Positions 13,777-27,027 of a DNA stretch of 64,000 bases are shown here, piece after piece. Under the pieces are notes generated by a model. The model worked only from the letters and a program-made list of their open reading frames with translations. It had not been told where the DNA came from and ran no database searches. Origin of the DNA: Rhizaria sp. SCN 62-66 (taxonomy: Eukaryota); contig MEDY01000325.1 of assembly GCA_001724265.1 (NCBI GenBank), positions 1 to 64,000 on the forward strand. The letters run 5' to 3'. Made by a program: the position numbers and the translations under genes. Numbering within the stretch: position 1 is the first letter of the stretch; every line of letters starts with the position of its first letter.

Positions 13777-16081
13777 TTACTTCGAGGCCGGCTCCGGAGC
13801 ACCAACAGCGGGGGCCGCAGGCGCGCAGGGCGAGGAGGGGAGCCCAAGCCCGGCGAGGTTGTCGACGAGCGCGCCGTACTTTGAGTGGAAGCAGGACGAC
13901 CCCTCGGAGGCCTTGGCGGTGCAGTCGAGGAACATCTTGAAGCGCTGGTAGGGCGGGAAGTAGAGGTGGAGCGTGACGGCCGTCTCGGCGCCGTTGTTGG
14001 CGAGCTTGTGCAGCCCCTTGCTGTCGTTCATGAAGGTCACGCCGCCCGCGCCGCACACGGTGTGGGAGATCTCGGCCAGCGGCGCCGTGGGGGGCGCGTC
14101 CGCGGGCGGCCACGCGTAGAGCGTCTCGGTCACCGCACCCGAGAGGCAGCGCACAAAGCACTCGCAGTCGGGGTGGTTGTGCACGGGCGACTCTTTGTTG
14201 GTGTTCCAGCACAGCAGCAGCAGCGTCCAGTACTTGTTGTCCGTCGTCACGAGGTTGCGCGTGTACTTGACGGCCTGCGATAATGGAGCAGACAACAAAA
14301 AAAGCAAAGAGAGATAACAATGAAAATAGAGCGTAAGAAATTTAAATACGACAACAGGCTTTTCGCAAAATAAGTGTAAATAAGTGTTCTTAAACAAATA
14401 TGTTTCAGTTGACTCGTGGACGTACGTCGTCGCAGAAGGCGTAGCGCTGCCAGTCACCCTGCTCGGCGTCGTAGCGCGCGAGCGCTGAGGCGACCTTGCG
14501 GAGGTCGGCGCGCGCGGGGCCATCCTGCATGAGCGCCTTGATCACTAGCACAAGCTGCGGCATCGTCAGCGGCGCCGTCGCGCTGTCGCGCAGCGCCGCG
14601 ATGTCGGCCGGGACGCCCACAGCGGACCAGTCGGCGCGCGATGCCACGGCCACGCTGCTCACCACCGCCGAGTCGGCAGTCGCGGTCATGGCATCGGTCT
14701 TGTTGAGGGCGCGGTAGGCCTCGGCCTCACGTGCGGCCGCCGCGGCCGTCTCGGCCGCCCAGGAGTCGACCGCGCTGACCGCGCTGGAGCGGGAGCCCGA
14801 GATGGAGACGGAGAGCGACTGAGAGAGAGACTCCGACTGTGTCGCCTGCGCGTCTGCCCCCTGCGCGGCGGTGTGGGAGAGCGCGAGCGCGTCCAGGTCG
14901 AGCGCCTCGCCGACGCGCACGCCGCACTGGCGCAGCGCCGCCAGCGACTGCGCGGCCGAGACGGGCACCGCGGCGGCGGCGGCGGCGGCGGCCAGCAACG
15001 CCGCGCGCGGGGTCGGCGAAAGCGCCGTGATGCCGGGGCACGATGCCAGCGTAGGGGCCGCCTCAGTCGCGGTCGCAGGGGTCAGAGAGTTGTTGTTGAC
15101 GTTGTTGTTGACTGCAATGCTCGCCTTGCTGCGCGCGGCGGCGTCCTTGGGGGCGAAGTAGTCTGAATCGATCACGGCGCTGTGCAGCGCGCGCCGGAAC
15201 GAGTCCCGCGCCAGCGGCTGCGCGGCTTCGACGTCCATCACGCCGGTGGACGCGGCCGCAGTGCGGGGCTGGGTCTTGGCGCCCGCAGCGGTGGCGGCCG
15301 CGCTGCTGCTGGCGGCGGTGGCCAGAGTCGCCTTATGGCTGCCCATGGCGACGTTGGCGGTGAGGCCCGTACGCGTGCGGGTGCCCAGGTCAGGGGACAC
15401 CACGGCCGAGCTGCTCCCGCTGGCGCTGGGGCGCGCCGCCACACTGGAGTGACCGTGACCGTGGAGCGTGGAGCCGGAGCCGGAGACGGTGCGGTCTGCG
15501 GCGCTGTAGAGCTCGTCGGCGAGGGGCGAGAAGGTGAGCGAGCTCAGGTCCGCCTCGAGCGCGCCCGCGGTGGAGCTGGTGGCAAGCATGGCCACGGTCG
15601 AGGCCACGCGGGAGCTCGCCAGCGCGCTGCGCCGCGCGCCGTCGCTGTGCAGGTGGCCAGGACTGGTGTTGTTGCTGTGGCTGTGCATGTCGTCCGAGGC
15701 CGTGTGAGCGAACAGGGTGGGGGAGAGGGAGCGGTCCTGGTCATCGAGCGAGTGCTCCTGGTCGGACCCGCAGCCGTCGCCGAGCCCGTGGTGGCCGTTG
15801 TGGCGGTGGGTCGAGGCGATGCTGTGGTCGTCAGCCGAGGGCGCGTGGGCCAGCGTCGGCTGCAGCAGTTGCGCGCCGCCGGTCAGGCCGCCGGTCAGGC
15901 CGCCCGGGTAGTAGAGCGACATCGCCGCGTAGGGCGAGTGCACCACGGTGGGGCCGTGCTTGCTGCCGAGGGCGGCGCTGTGGGTCTCGGTGTGGGGGCG
16001 CTGCTTGGTGAGAGCGGCGACGGTCGTGGGGGTGGGGACGGCAGAAGCCTCCCCGAGGGGACATCCACGCTCAAAACTCAT
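13777..16081 (-). CDS. CDO1: Cysteine dioxygenase type I with a long low-complexity N-terminal extension; 2 exons
   Basis: Intron 14425-14275 (GTACGT...CAG) joins YAFCDD to AVKYTRNLV. Motifs YTRNLV, LLLCW, SPVHNHPDCECF, GLHK and TLHLYFPP match the CDO 3-His cupin site with the Cys/Tyr cross-link residues. Ends TAA. Start is either 16081 or 15922. Confidence 0.88.
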
Positions 16082-16887
16082 TTAAAGTAGCTATACAGGG
16101 GGAATCGTGGCGAAATTAACGGGGATATGTGAGACACTGTTAAGGGTTGATGGTTGAATCGGGGAAAGCTCGTTTTCTGGCGAGTGGTTCGGGTGAGTCA
16201 AATGAGGAACCGGCAAATTCAAAGAGTTGGGAAAGCTCGGAAGCAGGACTAAATCGCGATTATGCGAGTCATAGAATAAAATAATGATTGTCCATTAAAT
16301 TTAAAACCTGTACAACTCGAACGACAACCAAGTATCGACGTGGTGTCCCGATAAAAAGCGTGGAAAATAAAGTCGCTCATCGCTTCCTTCTTTGCCAACC
16401 ACGTGACCCAATGCTCGACCGGAGCTGATCAGTCAGCGAGCCGGATGGCCGAGTCAGCGACCGAGCAAAGACTTCAATCGGCGCTCGGTCGTCAATTGAT
16501 AGCGATCTGTGTTTCGGTCATAGTGCAAGCCTTCCGAATCGATATTTGAGAGTATACATGAAATTTCATGCATATGATATGGATATCAAAATGATTATTG
16601 TCGAGTCCGACTTTTAAACATCGATGCTTTTTTTCTAAATCCATTGTTTTCTGAGGCATATCAACGCATAGAAGTGGCGATTCTGGAAACCACAACCTGC
16701 AAGCCCCGACAGCGATGACGAGGACCGTCCACGTCATCATCAATATGTCCCTCTATGAACCGTCAGCGGGACCTTAATATCTCTTGCACATTATAAAACT
16801 GTGTATTTCATATATTTTTGTGATAATCCCTGCTCAAACCATTTTCTTCACACTTGTGCACACATCGCCCCGCGTTGCCCGCCCAGG
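16082..16887. promoter_or_regulatory. Putative bidirectional promoter region between divergent CDO1 and GT41 genes
   Basis: AT-rich spacer of about 0.8 kb between head-to-head genes. Inferred from gene orientation only. Confidence 0.35.
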
Positions 16888-19800
16888 ATGCGGCGCCTGC
16901 TGGCCTACGTCGCCGTCCTCGCCGCCGCGGCCACCGCGGTGGTGCTGTCCCTCTCTTCCGCCCTGCCCGTAGCCTCCGCCGCAGGGGGCGACATGGACGC
17001 GATCAACGCGCTGCTGCGCGCGGCCGACGAGGAGGAGAACCCCCGCATCGCGGTCGGCCTGTACCAAAAGGTGCTGGCGCTGGACCCCGGGCACCCGTTC
17101 GCGCTCAACGGCTACGGCGGCATTATCGCGTCCCTGGGCGACGTCCCGGGCTCGATCAAGCCGCTCGAGGCGGCATGTGCGGTCGACTTCCCCGCGACGG
17201 CGCTGGCGTGCTACCAGGCGGGGCTGTCGCACCAAATGCTCGGCAACTACCCCGCCGCCATGCGCCACTACTCCAACTCGATCCGCGCCGACAAGACCTT
17301 CTTCCACACCTACATCAAGATGGCGTACCTCTTGGCGAACACAGGCGCGAACAAGGAGGCGATTCAGGCGCTGCAGACGGCCATCTCGCTGCGCCCCGAG
17401 GTCCCGACCACGTACATGTATCTGGGCGGACTGCTCAACAACGTGCGCCAGTTCGACGGCGCCGTCACCGTGTACAAGCGCGCGCTGGACCTGGACCCCG
17501 CCAACGCGGAGGCCCACGCGGCGTTGGCCGACACGCTCAGCAACATGGGTCGCCCCGCCGCGGCGGTGGCCCACTTCAAGCGCGCGTGGGAGCTGGGCAA
17601 CGATCCTGCGGCGGCGGCCAACGCCGCGTCGGGGCTGCTTAAGACGCAGCGCGAGCTCTGCGACTGGTCCGACTGGGACGCCATCTTGGGTGCGGCCCGC
17701 ACCGCCGTGGCCGCCGCCGTAGCCGCCGACTCGCCGAGCCCGATGGCTCCGTACGAGACGCTCTTCCTGGACCTGCCGCCGGAGCAGGCGCGCCTCGTCG
17801 CAGAGTCCTGGGCCGCGCCCAACGCCGAGATGTCGCGCCGCACCGCTACGGGCGTCTCCGTGCCCGCCTTCAAACTGTCGTTCTCCAAGCTTGAGAAGCG
17901 CCCGGACGCGGTCGCCTCCGCCGCCGCCGCCGCTGAGGCCAAGTCCCAGAGTACAGAGTCCAAGTCCAACGGCGCCAAGAAGGCCGAGGACGAGGATGAG
18001 GAGGACCTAGAGCTCATGAAGCAGATGTTCGGCGTTGACCGCGACGACTCTGACGACGCTGATTCCGGCTCTAGTGGTAAGACTGGTGGTGGCGATGATA
18101 GCGAGACCGTTGACCTCGACACCCTGCTGGACCTGCCCGCGGGCTCGGTCGCGGCCCGCATCGCCCGGCGCGATCGCGAGGCCGACAGCGAGCTGGGCAA
18201 GGCCAGTCAGTGGTGCCGCGTTGCCATCGAGGGCACGGGCCGCTTCCACGTACGTCTTCGTCCTTCAATAGCACTAAACAAGTGATATATCACGCTATAA
18301 CAATGAATCACTCTAAAGTATCACTCTTATCTTTATTCTGTAGTTTATTTTTATATTTAAAACCTTAAATTGAAGAATCGCGAATCACTTATCTTGCGTA
18401 ATGTCGATTCTTAATCCCATTCTTGTCACAGGCCAACGCCGCCGCGAGCGGCGACGCCCTCGCCGTCGCGGGCTCCCGGCTCACAGCCGCCAGCACTGCC
18501 GCCGACGTGGCCGCCGCCGTGGCCGCCGCCGCGGCCGCCGACGCCGACGCGGGCGCCGGCCCTTCGCGCCCGCTGCCGCTGCCCTACGCGAACCCGCCGG
18601 CCCTGCTCCGCGACTTCTTAGTTAGGCCACTGCGCGTGGGCTACCTCTCCCGCCGACTGGAGGACTACGCGGGCGCGCGGCTCGCGGCCCGCCTTTTCCC
18701 GTTGCTGGACCGGCGGCGCTACAAGCTTGCGGTCTACGCGACGGGCCCCGAGGATCACAGCCAGGAGCGGCTTAACATCCGCGCGGGCGCGGATCTCTTC
18801 CTGGACATGTCGGCAGCGACGCCCGCGCAGACGGCGGCGCGCATTGCGCGCGACCGCATCGACGTGCTCATCGATACCGACGGCGGGCACTCGTTCAACA
18901 ACCTGGCCACGCTCGCTTTACGGCCGGCGCCGGTGCAGGTGACGTTCATGGGCTTCGCGGGGACGACGGGCGCTAAGGGCATCGTCGACTACATCGTCGT
19001 CGACCCCGTGCTCGCGCCCCCCGTTGCCACGCTGCCCCGCAGTGAGGATGGCTCTAGTGCGAGTGCGGCCGGTGATGTGGAGAATGCGTGGCGCGTGCTC
19101 GCTGAGTCGCTCGACACCATCGCCGCCGACCTCGGCCTGACGACGTCTATTGCCGACGTCACTGACGGCACGCCCAAGCTCAGTCCTGCCCGCAAGGTTA
19201 CCACCAGCTCTGTGGGCGACGCTGCTGCTTCCCGCACTGCTCTTCTCTCACCTCCTCGCTCGAACACCGGTTCTGGCTCTGAGACTGAGGGCAAGACCTC
19301 CCCTCGCGAGGCGCTGTCTCGCCAGTTGTCCGAGACGCCTCTGTACTTGCCCTGGACCTACCAGCCGCAAGACAACACCGTTGACCTCGGCTCCGTCCTC
19401 ATGACTGACAGTGAAGCGGAGTCTGTTGAGTCTGGTTCTTCGGTGTGGCCCGGCAAGGCGCCCGAGACCAGGGCCGAGGCGGGGTTGCCGGAGACCGGCA
19501 CGGTGTACTGCTCTTTGTACGTTTACCTGTATTTGCGCGTATGATTCCACGAACTGTTTGTATATCATCGAGTTTTAATCATGTTTTATTGTTTCGTATC
19601 GATTCTGTTTCTCTCTTTCTCACTCGATATCTCTCTTGTCATTTTGTCTGTGTCTTTCACGTTTAGCAACCGCAACGACAAGTACGAGCCCGCAACGTGG
19701 TCTGCCTGGATGCGCATCCTGAGCGAGGCGCCCGCCTCGGTGCTCTGGCTCTACGTCAAGGGCGACGACGCCAAGGACAACATCCGGGCCGCCGCGGCCG

Positions 19801-21258
19801 CCAACGACGTGGACCCTGCGCGCGTCATCTTCGCCGAGTCGCGGCCGCCCGTGGCGCACTTGGCGCGGCACAAGCTCGCCGACGTGTTCCTTGATTCGTT
19901 CTACTACAACGCGCACACGACGGCCAGCGATGCGCTCTACGTTGGCGTGCCCGTCGTCACCTTCCCGGGCCGCACCTTCGCCTCGCGCGTCGCCGCGTCG
20001 CTCGTCGCCGCGGCGGGGCTGCCCACGCTCGCCGTCCAGAGCGAGGACGAGTACGTGGCGCTGGCAGTGAAACTGGGCATCGACGACGCACTGCTGCAGC
20101 GGGTCAGGGTGACGCTGGGCGAGCTGCAGAAGCAGAACCTCCGCGTGCCCACCGCCAACCCCGCCATCGTCAACACGCTCCAGCAGCAGGATAGCAAGGA
20201 CGTGAATGTGGGTGCCTCCGTCTCGTCGGTCTACTCCGGCGTGGGCGCCCTCTTCGATAGCGAGCTCTTCGTGACGGCCTTTGAGTCCGCGCTCGACGCC
20301 GCCTGGCTGCGCCGCGTGTGCAGCTCCGTGCTCGACGGCGCTTACAGCACGGCGCCCTCCTCCCCGCAGCGCAAGCCTTCCCACCCCTCGGCGCCCCAGT
20401 CCAGCGTTAACGCCAACAAGGCCGCCGCCGGTGCTAGCTCCAGCGGCTCCAGTGAGGCGGAGAGCGCGGCGGCTGTGCTGGCGGCGGACCTGCGCACCCG
20501 CGTGTCGGCCGCGCGCCTGCCGCCCGTGCGGCCCCTGCTCCAGCGGCCCATCGCGCTCTCGCCCGCCGCCGTGCGTGCGCGCCACGCGCTCCGGTATGTT
20601 TTGAGTTTGGTGTGATGGAGCTTTGGCATGACACATCTCGCTCGAATCATTGATCTGTGCTAATATATTCCTCACGTGCTTAAATAGCTGTATTGCATAT
20701 TGCCTGCATATATTTTGAATTAACTCACTTTAATTTTTCTGCATATCTACCCCTCTTTGCTGTTTCGCTCCTCCGCAGTCTGGCCCAAGACGGCGAGTTC
20801 GTGCGCCGCGGCGGCGTGAACCGCGCAGAGGCCGCCGACGTCGTTGAGGCCAAGCGCAACGCCAAGCTCTACGGCCGCAACAAGCGCGCGCATGCTGCGG
20901 CCGCCGCGGCCGGTGCTGCGCCGTCGTACGAGGAACAGGAGGCTTCGGCTGCGGCGGCCGCGGCTGCGGAGGCCGAGGCTGCCGAGCGTGCCGCTCAGGT
21001 AAATTTTAACAACAACACAATAATATCTATCATATCTCTGAAACGATATGATTCCCTTGACTTTTACGTGTTTTGTAATGTTTTATAAATATGTATTTCC
21101 TTTTATGTCCAAAATGTAACATCTATGTCTCCAAATCCCGTTTTTTATCCGTGTTATTCGTTCGTCGCACACAGGAGGAGGCAGCGCGCGAAGAGCGCCG
21201 TCGGCGTAAGGAGGAAGAGCGGGACGACGTCATCGACCTTGACAAGGACGAGCTCTAA
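16888..21258 (+). CDS. TPR-containing GT41 (O-GlcNAc transferase-like) glycosyltransferase with N-terminal signal peptide and C-terminal KDEL; 5 exons
   Basis: Exons 16888-18249, 18432-19516, 19667-20593, 20779-20998 and 21175-21258 join in frame. It has several TPRs, then ELCDWSDW, LRVGYLS, IARDRIDVLID, LALRPAPVQVTFMGFAGTTGA..VDYIVVD, YCSFNRNDK, SVLWL and LADVFLDSFYYNAHTTASDALYVGVPVVTFPGRTFASRVAASL. Ends DLDKDEL-TAA. Confidence 0.88.
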
Positions 21259-21566
21259 GCACCGCTGCGTATAACAGCACTTTCGCTGCGATAATCGACG
21301 AAGAGAGCCTGAGGCGTGGTGCTGTGCTTGAGTTCGCCTTGCTACGCCTTTGGCCGTGACTTTGTTGACGCTTGTGTTTTTTGTGCATGTACATTATGAT
21401 TACTAGAAGGATATGATATTTAAAGACTTCAAAGTATACTTCAGGAGTTCGTATAATAAAAGATTATGTAATTTATTGTTAAAAAAAAGTTGCTATATAA
21501 CGCATATTAGAGATCTCAAATAGGTTGACACCGTTGAATTATCTGCTTCAGCTCGTGTGCAATTCG

Positions 21567-24500
21567 TTACTTCCACGCCTTGCCGACGTTGGCGCTGACC
21601 TTACCCACGCGCCCGTGCGCGCCCCCCGCGTCCGTGGTGCATTTGTAGCCGCCGCCGCCATGATAGTTGTGGTACGCCCGACGCGCGCGCGCCCGCTCAG
21701 CCGCCTCGGCCAGCTCGACGATGCGCGCCTCCGGCACAGTCACCGGCGCTCGGGCGCCGTCGTAGCCCACCACGACGCTCACGCCAAGGCCGTGCGCACC
21801 AGCAGTCGCGCCGGCAGCAGCAGCAGAGTTGCCGACAACGCTATTCTCAGACTGTTGCTGTGCTTGATGAATGTGAGCAGTTGTGTAGCTGTTGTTGTAC
21901 AGAGGGTAGACAGCGCCGGAGCCGGTGCCGAAGGGCATATTGGGCACGGCAGCGGCCTCGCCGTCGGTCATCAGCCGGGAGATCTGGGAGTTCTTAAGGT
22001 AAGCCGCCTCCGCCGCCTCGGCCTCGGTCAGGGCGGCGTTGACATGCCTCTGGCAGTGGCTTTCAGTCGGGGCCGCAGTGGCAAAATGGCCGTGAGCTGC
22101 GACATTGTGCCCGTAACCGTGATCACCGCCTGTGTAGTGCACTTCAGCACCGTCTGCTACTGTAGAGTGAAAACATGACAACTGCTGCTGCTGCTGAAGT
22201 GCGGCCGCCTGTTGCGCCGCCTGGAGGGGGGTCAGGACCGTGCGTGTGCTGCTGTCGGCAACGCGGATCGAGTGACCGTGGGCGGGAGCGAGAAGACAGT
22301 CGACTGGCGCCCTGAGGGCGAGCCCGCTGGCGCCGCCGAAGAAGCCGCTCGCGGGATGGCTACTGAGAGCATGAATAAAGTTTCTGTGACCGCTACGGTT
22401 GCGCGAGATGGGGGCGGAGCGAGGGCGCGTGTTTACGCGATTGACCGCATTGGAGCGGTTGGTATTGCTCCCTTTGCCAGTGGGAGCGGAGTCGAGCCGA
22501 CTGGGGTAGGTATTCCTCAAAGGTGGAGGCCCCATCGTTGCGTGCTTGTTCAAATGTGACCCGCTCCTCGCAGAAGCTAAGCCGTCCCTCTGCCGACCGC
22601 TCTGCGTTTGTTGCTGCTGTTGCCGCTGCAGTTGGTGCATTTGTTGTTCCTGCTGCCGCTGTTGCTCCACCAGCGCCTGCTGCTGCAAGAACCCCTGGCT
22701 CGGGTTATACACCATGCCCGCAAGCAGCTGCTGAGTCAGCATGCCCCTTTCAACGCCGTTCACGAGGCGCGCCCCCGCCGCTGCCGCGGCGACAGTCTCG
22801 ACTCCCCACGCGCCGCCGCAGCGGCCGGACTGAGCCGCTGCCACGGCGGCGGCGATCGCGGCGGCCTCGTCCTCGGCCGTGGCGCCCTCAGTGGTGACTG
22901 TGGGCAGCATCAACCCGCCTGGGGTGACCGTGGCGGCGGCACCCAGCTGCGGGGACGGCGGGGCTGACCGGTGCGTGATTTGGTACGCGTAGGTCTTGAT
23001 GAGGTTGTCGTCCAAGGGAGGCGTCTAAAGATACAGAATCGAGATTATGTAAAGAAAATAAAGTGATCTTTGATACTTTGAAACAAATTAGCTTTCACTA
23101 ATATTCTAATTTCGCACAAAAACAGTGTTCATGATACCTACCTGTGGCCGTCCTCCGGCGCTCGCCCGCTCGCGGTCCCGGTTGATCCTCTCGAGCGCCG
23201 CAGCCTCAGCGTCGAGCGCCTCGAGCGCGGCCCTCTGCCGGCCGCCGCTACCGCCGCCGCTAAACTGCGGTAGTTGCTGCTGCCGCTGCAGCCGCGCCCG
23301 CATGCGCGCTTTAAAGGGCGTCAATCCCAGCCGGCCAGTCGCCGGGTCCACGCTCGCGCGGCTCGCGAAAGACGACGCCGCGCTGTTGCGCTCCGACAGC
23401 GCTGCCAGTGCGGCGCCGTGGCGGCTGCCGCGCACGCTCGGGCTGAACGCACGGCTCCGGCTCGGGCTCTGGTCCTGGCCCTGGTTCTGGGTTTGAGCGC
23501 CGTTGTGGTTGTTGCGGCCGGAGAGGCTTGCAGGGCTCGACATCATGCTTGGAGGCGCAATAATAGAGCCATTGGTGTGACGCGTAGTGCCGTTGTTGTA
23601 GCTATTGCTATTGAAGTTGGTATTATAGACCGAGCCCGAGGCTGAGGGCGCGCCCGTTTTGCCCTCAGTCGGGCCCGGCAGCATCGCCAGCTGTTGCGCT
23701 GACAGCCCGCCGCCGGCTAAGGGGGTACTTACACTGCCGCCACTTAAACCGGTGTTTAGACTGGGGCGGCGCAGGGAACCGCGCTCGGCAGCGTTGGCGC
23801 GCAAAGGGGTCGACATATCACCTGCAACATGTGCGTTATTGCCACTGTTGTTGTTATTGCCTGAGTAGTTGTTGACGGAGGCGGTGGACGACTGTGGCGC
23901 AGTGGCGGGAACGCGATTGATCGCGTTGTTGTTATTAATGTTAAATTGATACTGGGTCAAGTCCAACACGCCGGCATGGCTCGGAGCAGCTGTAGCTCCG
24001 ACACTGCCGCCGTAGATATGACTCGAACTCGGACTCGGACGCTGGGTGTCGTCGCCGTAGTTGTGATGGCTGCCGGGGCTGCTGCGACTTGAGCTGTTGC
24101 TGCGCCTGCGGCGTTCGTGATGTGGCGAAGCACTGGCAAAGCTACCAGTCCTCTCAGCATTGTTATTCGCACAAGAGCTCTTGCTGCTCGTGTAATTTCT
24201 GCTGCTACCGGCGTTGTCCTCAGTGTTGCGGATGTACCTGTTGACGTTGCTCACCACGTCGCCCCCAACCGCCCCAGGCCTCACGCTCACGCCGTCACTA
24301 GCCCTAGCACCCGTGGCCCCACGCGTCCCGCCGCGGCCACCGTTCTTATCGCTGCTGTTAGCGGTGCTGTGATCACTGTAGCCCGCGAAGGCGAGCTCCT
24401 CGGCCCTTGCCAGGTCGCCGTACCCCGCGGTGACCCGCAGGCCCATCATGCGCGCCGCCCGGTCGTCTGCCAGATCCCGCTTCAGCAGCCCGGCAAGCCC

Positions 24501-27027
24501 GGCCACCGCGGCCTCCTGCGCGACGCCCTCCTGGGCGCGGGCAGCGAGGGCCGCGCGGGCGCGAACGAGAGCCGCGTCCCTGAGGCAGGTGGAAGCAACA
24601 AAAGTACAAGAGAAGATATCGAAGGCATGTGAGAAACTTCGTTCCTAAACGTGAGAAATGAAGAGATATCATCTATGTAACTCCTGTGGTATGTAACAAC
24701 TAGTCATATTCAGTTCGATCTCAGCGGTAAATCTTCATGTGAAGTTTGGTTATAATGTACCTTGCGAAGACCGCCTGTTGGAGCTCCCCCGCGAGCGCCC
24801 GCAGCGCCTCGTGGTTGCCGTCCTTCCGCTGGCCGACCTCGGTGCGCAGCGACGCCGCCAGCAGCCGTTGCGCCTGCTCGCGTGCGGCCCGCCCGTCCTC
24901 TTTGGCGGCAGTGAGCTGGGTGTAGAGCCCGCGCTCGCGGTCGCGGCCCGAGTCGAGGGCCGCACGCGCCTGTGACAGCGCCTGCGCCGTGGCGGCCAGC
25001 TCGTCGGCCACGGCCGCGCGGGACTGGTCCTGCAGCTGCTCCGTTTGGGCGCGGTCCGCCGTCGCCGCAGACAGCTTGCGGTGCAGCAGGTCGCGGTCGA
25101 GCTGAGGAGGAGGGAAAGAGCAAAAACAAAAGCAAGAAAGAATTTGATAAAGTATGAGGATATAGAGGAACGGCATGTTTTTCACGTCGCGTAATTAAAT
25201 GATTATCAGCATCTATATCAGACTGGACAAAAATATACGCGATTTGATCGATACTCAAGAGATATCGTCTGAAATGTCACAATCCTGATCGCTCTTGTTG
25301 CGAGAATAATATATTTTCTCAAGACGTACCTCAACCGCGGCGCGCGCGCGCTCGCTGGCCGTGAGCCTCTGTGCCGCCTCGGCCAGCGCGTTGGTCACGT
25401 TGGCCGTGGCGTGGTACGAGTGCATGTCCACCGTCAGCGGCGACACGAAGCCGGTGGTGATGTTATGACCACTATTTGCATGTGTCCCCCCACGGGTGCC
25501 GCTGGTACCCCCGCGAGTATTACGGCGGAGACCGGGAGTGCTGCTGCGTGCGTAAGGGGGCTTGTGCAAGCCTGCATTGCTCATGCCACCTAAACTGGCA
25601 CTGCCACTGTCGAAATGACCAGTATGGCTCTGTAAGTGTGTGCTGAGAGGCAGGTGGTTGTGGTACAGCGCAAGGTCGTCGTCGTTGCCGTACTAGTGCG
25701 CCGTGTCGCTGCTCTTGCTGTACTTGTAGTCCGTCTCGCCGTTGTCTTTGATGCCGTAGTGGCTGGGGCTCTTGAGCGTGTTGACGTTGAAGTTGATCCC
25801 GTGGTTTTTGAGCAGCGTCGTCAGTGTCGGCACGGCCACGCCAAGCTGCTGCGCCGCGCTGAACTCGTACCCGTAGCCGGAGCCTGTCTCGGGCTCCAAA
25901 GCTAGGCCGCCCCGCTGCAGGGACCGCGAGACGGGCGCAGAACCGGGCCGTCGACGGGTGGAAATACTGTTACTACTGCTAGCGCCGCTGCTGCTGCTGT
26001 TCAGGCCAGTGCTGCGGTCCCAGCCCCGCGTGCCCGCAAGCGTACACGCGGCGTCACGTGTACCAGGTGTGTTGTAGTCACGAGTGCCATCTTCGCCATA
26101 GCTACTATTATGACTGCTGTCGTACCTGTCGTAGCTATTGTGAGCGTGGCCATTGTCGTTGTCATAGTGCACGTACTTGGGTTTCCCGACCGGCCAGCCC
26201 GCGGCCTTGCCCCGACCGCGGCCCCGCACCACCGCCGCGGCGCCCGCGCCCAGCCGTGCGCGCGCTGCCGCGTCCTCGGCCGTCGCGATGGCCGCTGCCG
26301 ATTGCGGGTCCGAGTCGCGCATCGCCCGCTCCAGGTCCGCGGCGGAGGGCAGAAGGTAGCGGTCATTGACGGCGGCGGTGCCGGTGATGTCGTGATCGAG
26401 CCAGTGCCGCCGCTGCCAGCCCGCGTGGAGCCGCTCGGCGTGTGGAACAAGGGCCTGGGAGAGCGCGCGCTGAGACAGGCCGCCCTTGTCCTCGCGGGGC
26501 TGGGCTAAACGGGCGGCCTCTTGTGCGAAGTAGGACAAGTTGCTCCTCGTAACACTACTCGCGGGGTCCGCGTTATGAGCGCCAGAGCCGGTATAGCCAA
26601 CGCCGCCGAGACCGTCGTAACTGCTGTTACTGCTCGCAGGCGGGTGATAGCCCGTGTAGCTGTTGTTAAGGAATATAGCGTTGTTGTGGGTGTGGGGCCG
26701 GGCACTGCCCCAGAGTTCAGGCGCCCCCGACGCGCCGCCGCTGCCGCCATCGCCGGCCACTGGGGAGGCCGCAAACGTCGCGGCATATGCCGACCCGGGC
26801 CCCGCTCCCGCGCTGGCGGCAGCTGCGGAGGGCGCAGACTGCAGCTGAGAGGCGGTCGCGACGTGTTGGTAGTGGGAGGGATCTGTCGCGGCGGCGAGCG
26901 GGCGGAAGGCGTGCAGCGGCGGCGGAGGCACGTCCATGCTCGCGTGACGCGCGCGAGAGCTGAACATTACGGGCGGCACGGGCGGAGGGTCCGTGCCGGC
27001 AGCGGCGCTGATATAGCTGCTGCTCAT
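21567..27027 (-). CDS. Large low-complexity protein with a central Ala/Arg/Glu/Gln-rich probable coiled coil; unknown function; 4 exons; one in-frame TAG
   Basis: Exons 27027-25330, 25101-24761, 24579-23142 and 23024-21567 join in frame at GT-AG sites. Exon 1 continues in frame through TAG at 25695-25693 into ORF 25255-25584. Ends TAA. Confidence 0.65.

Noticed and set aside
16431-16491. 9-bp inverted repeat (CGACCGAGC/GCTCGGTCG) and duplicated AGTCAGCGA in the divergent promoter region
   Set aside because: Too short to distinguish from chance. No tRNA cloverleaf, snRNA motif or target-site duplication visible.
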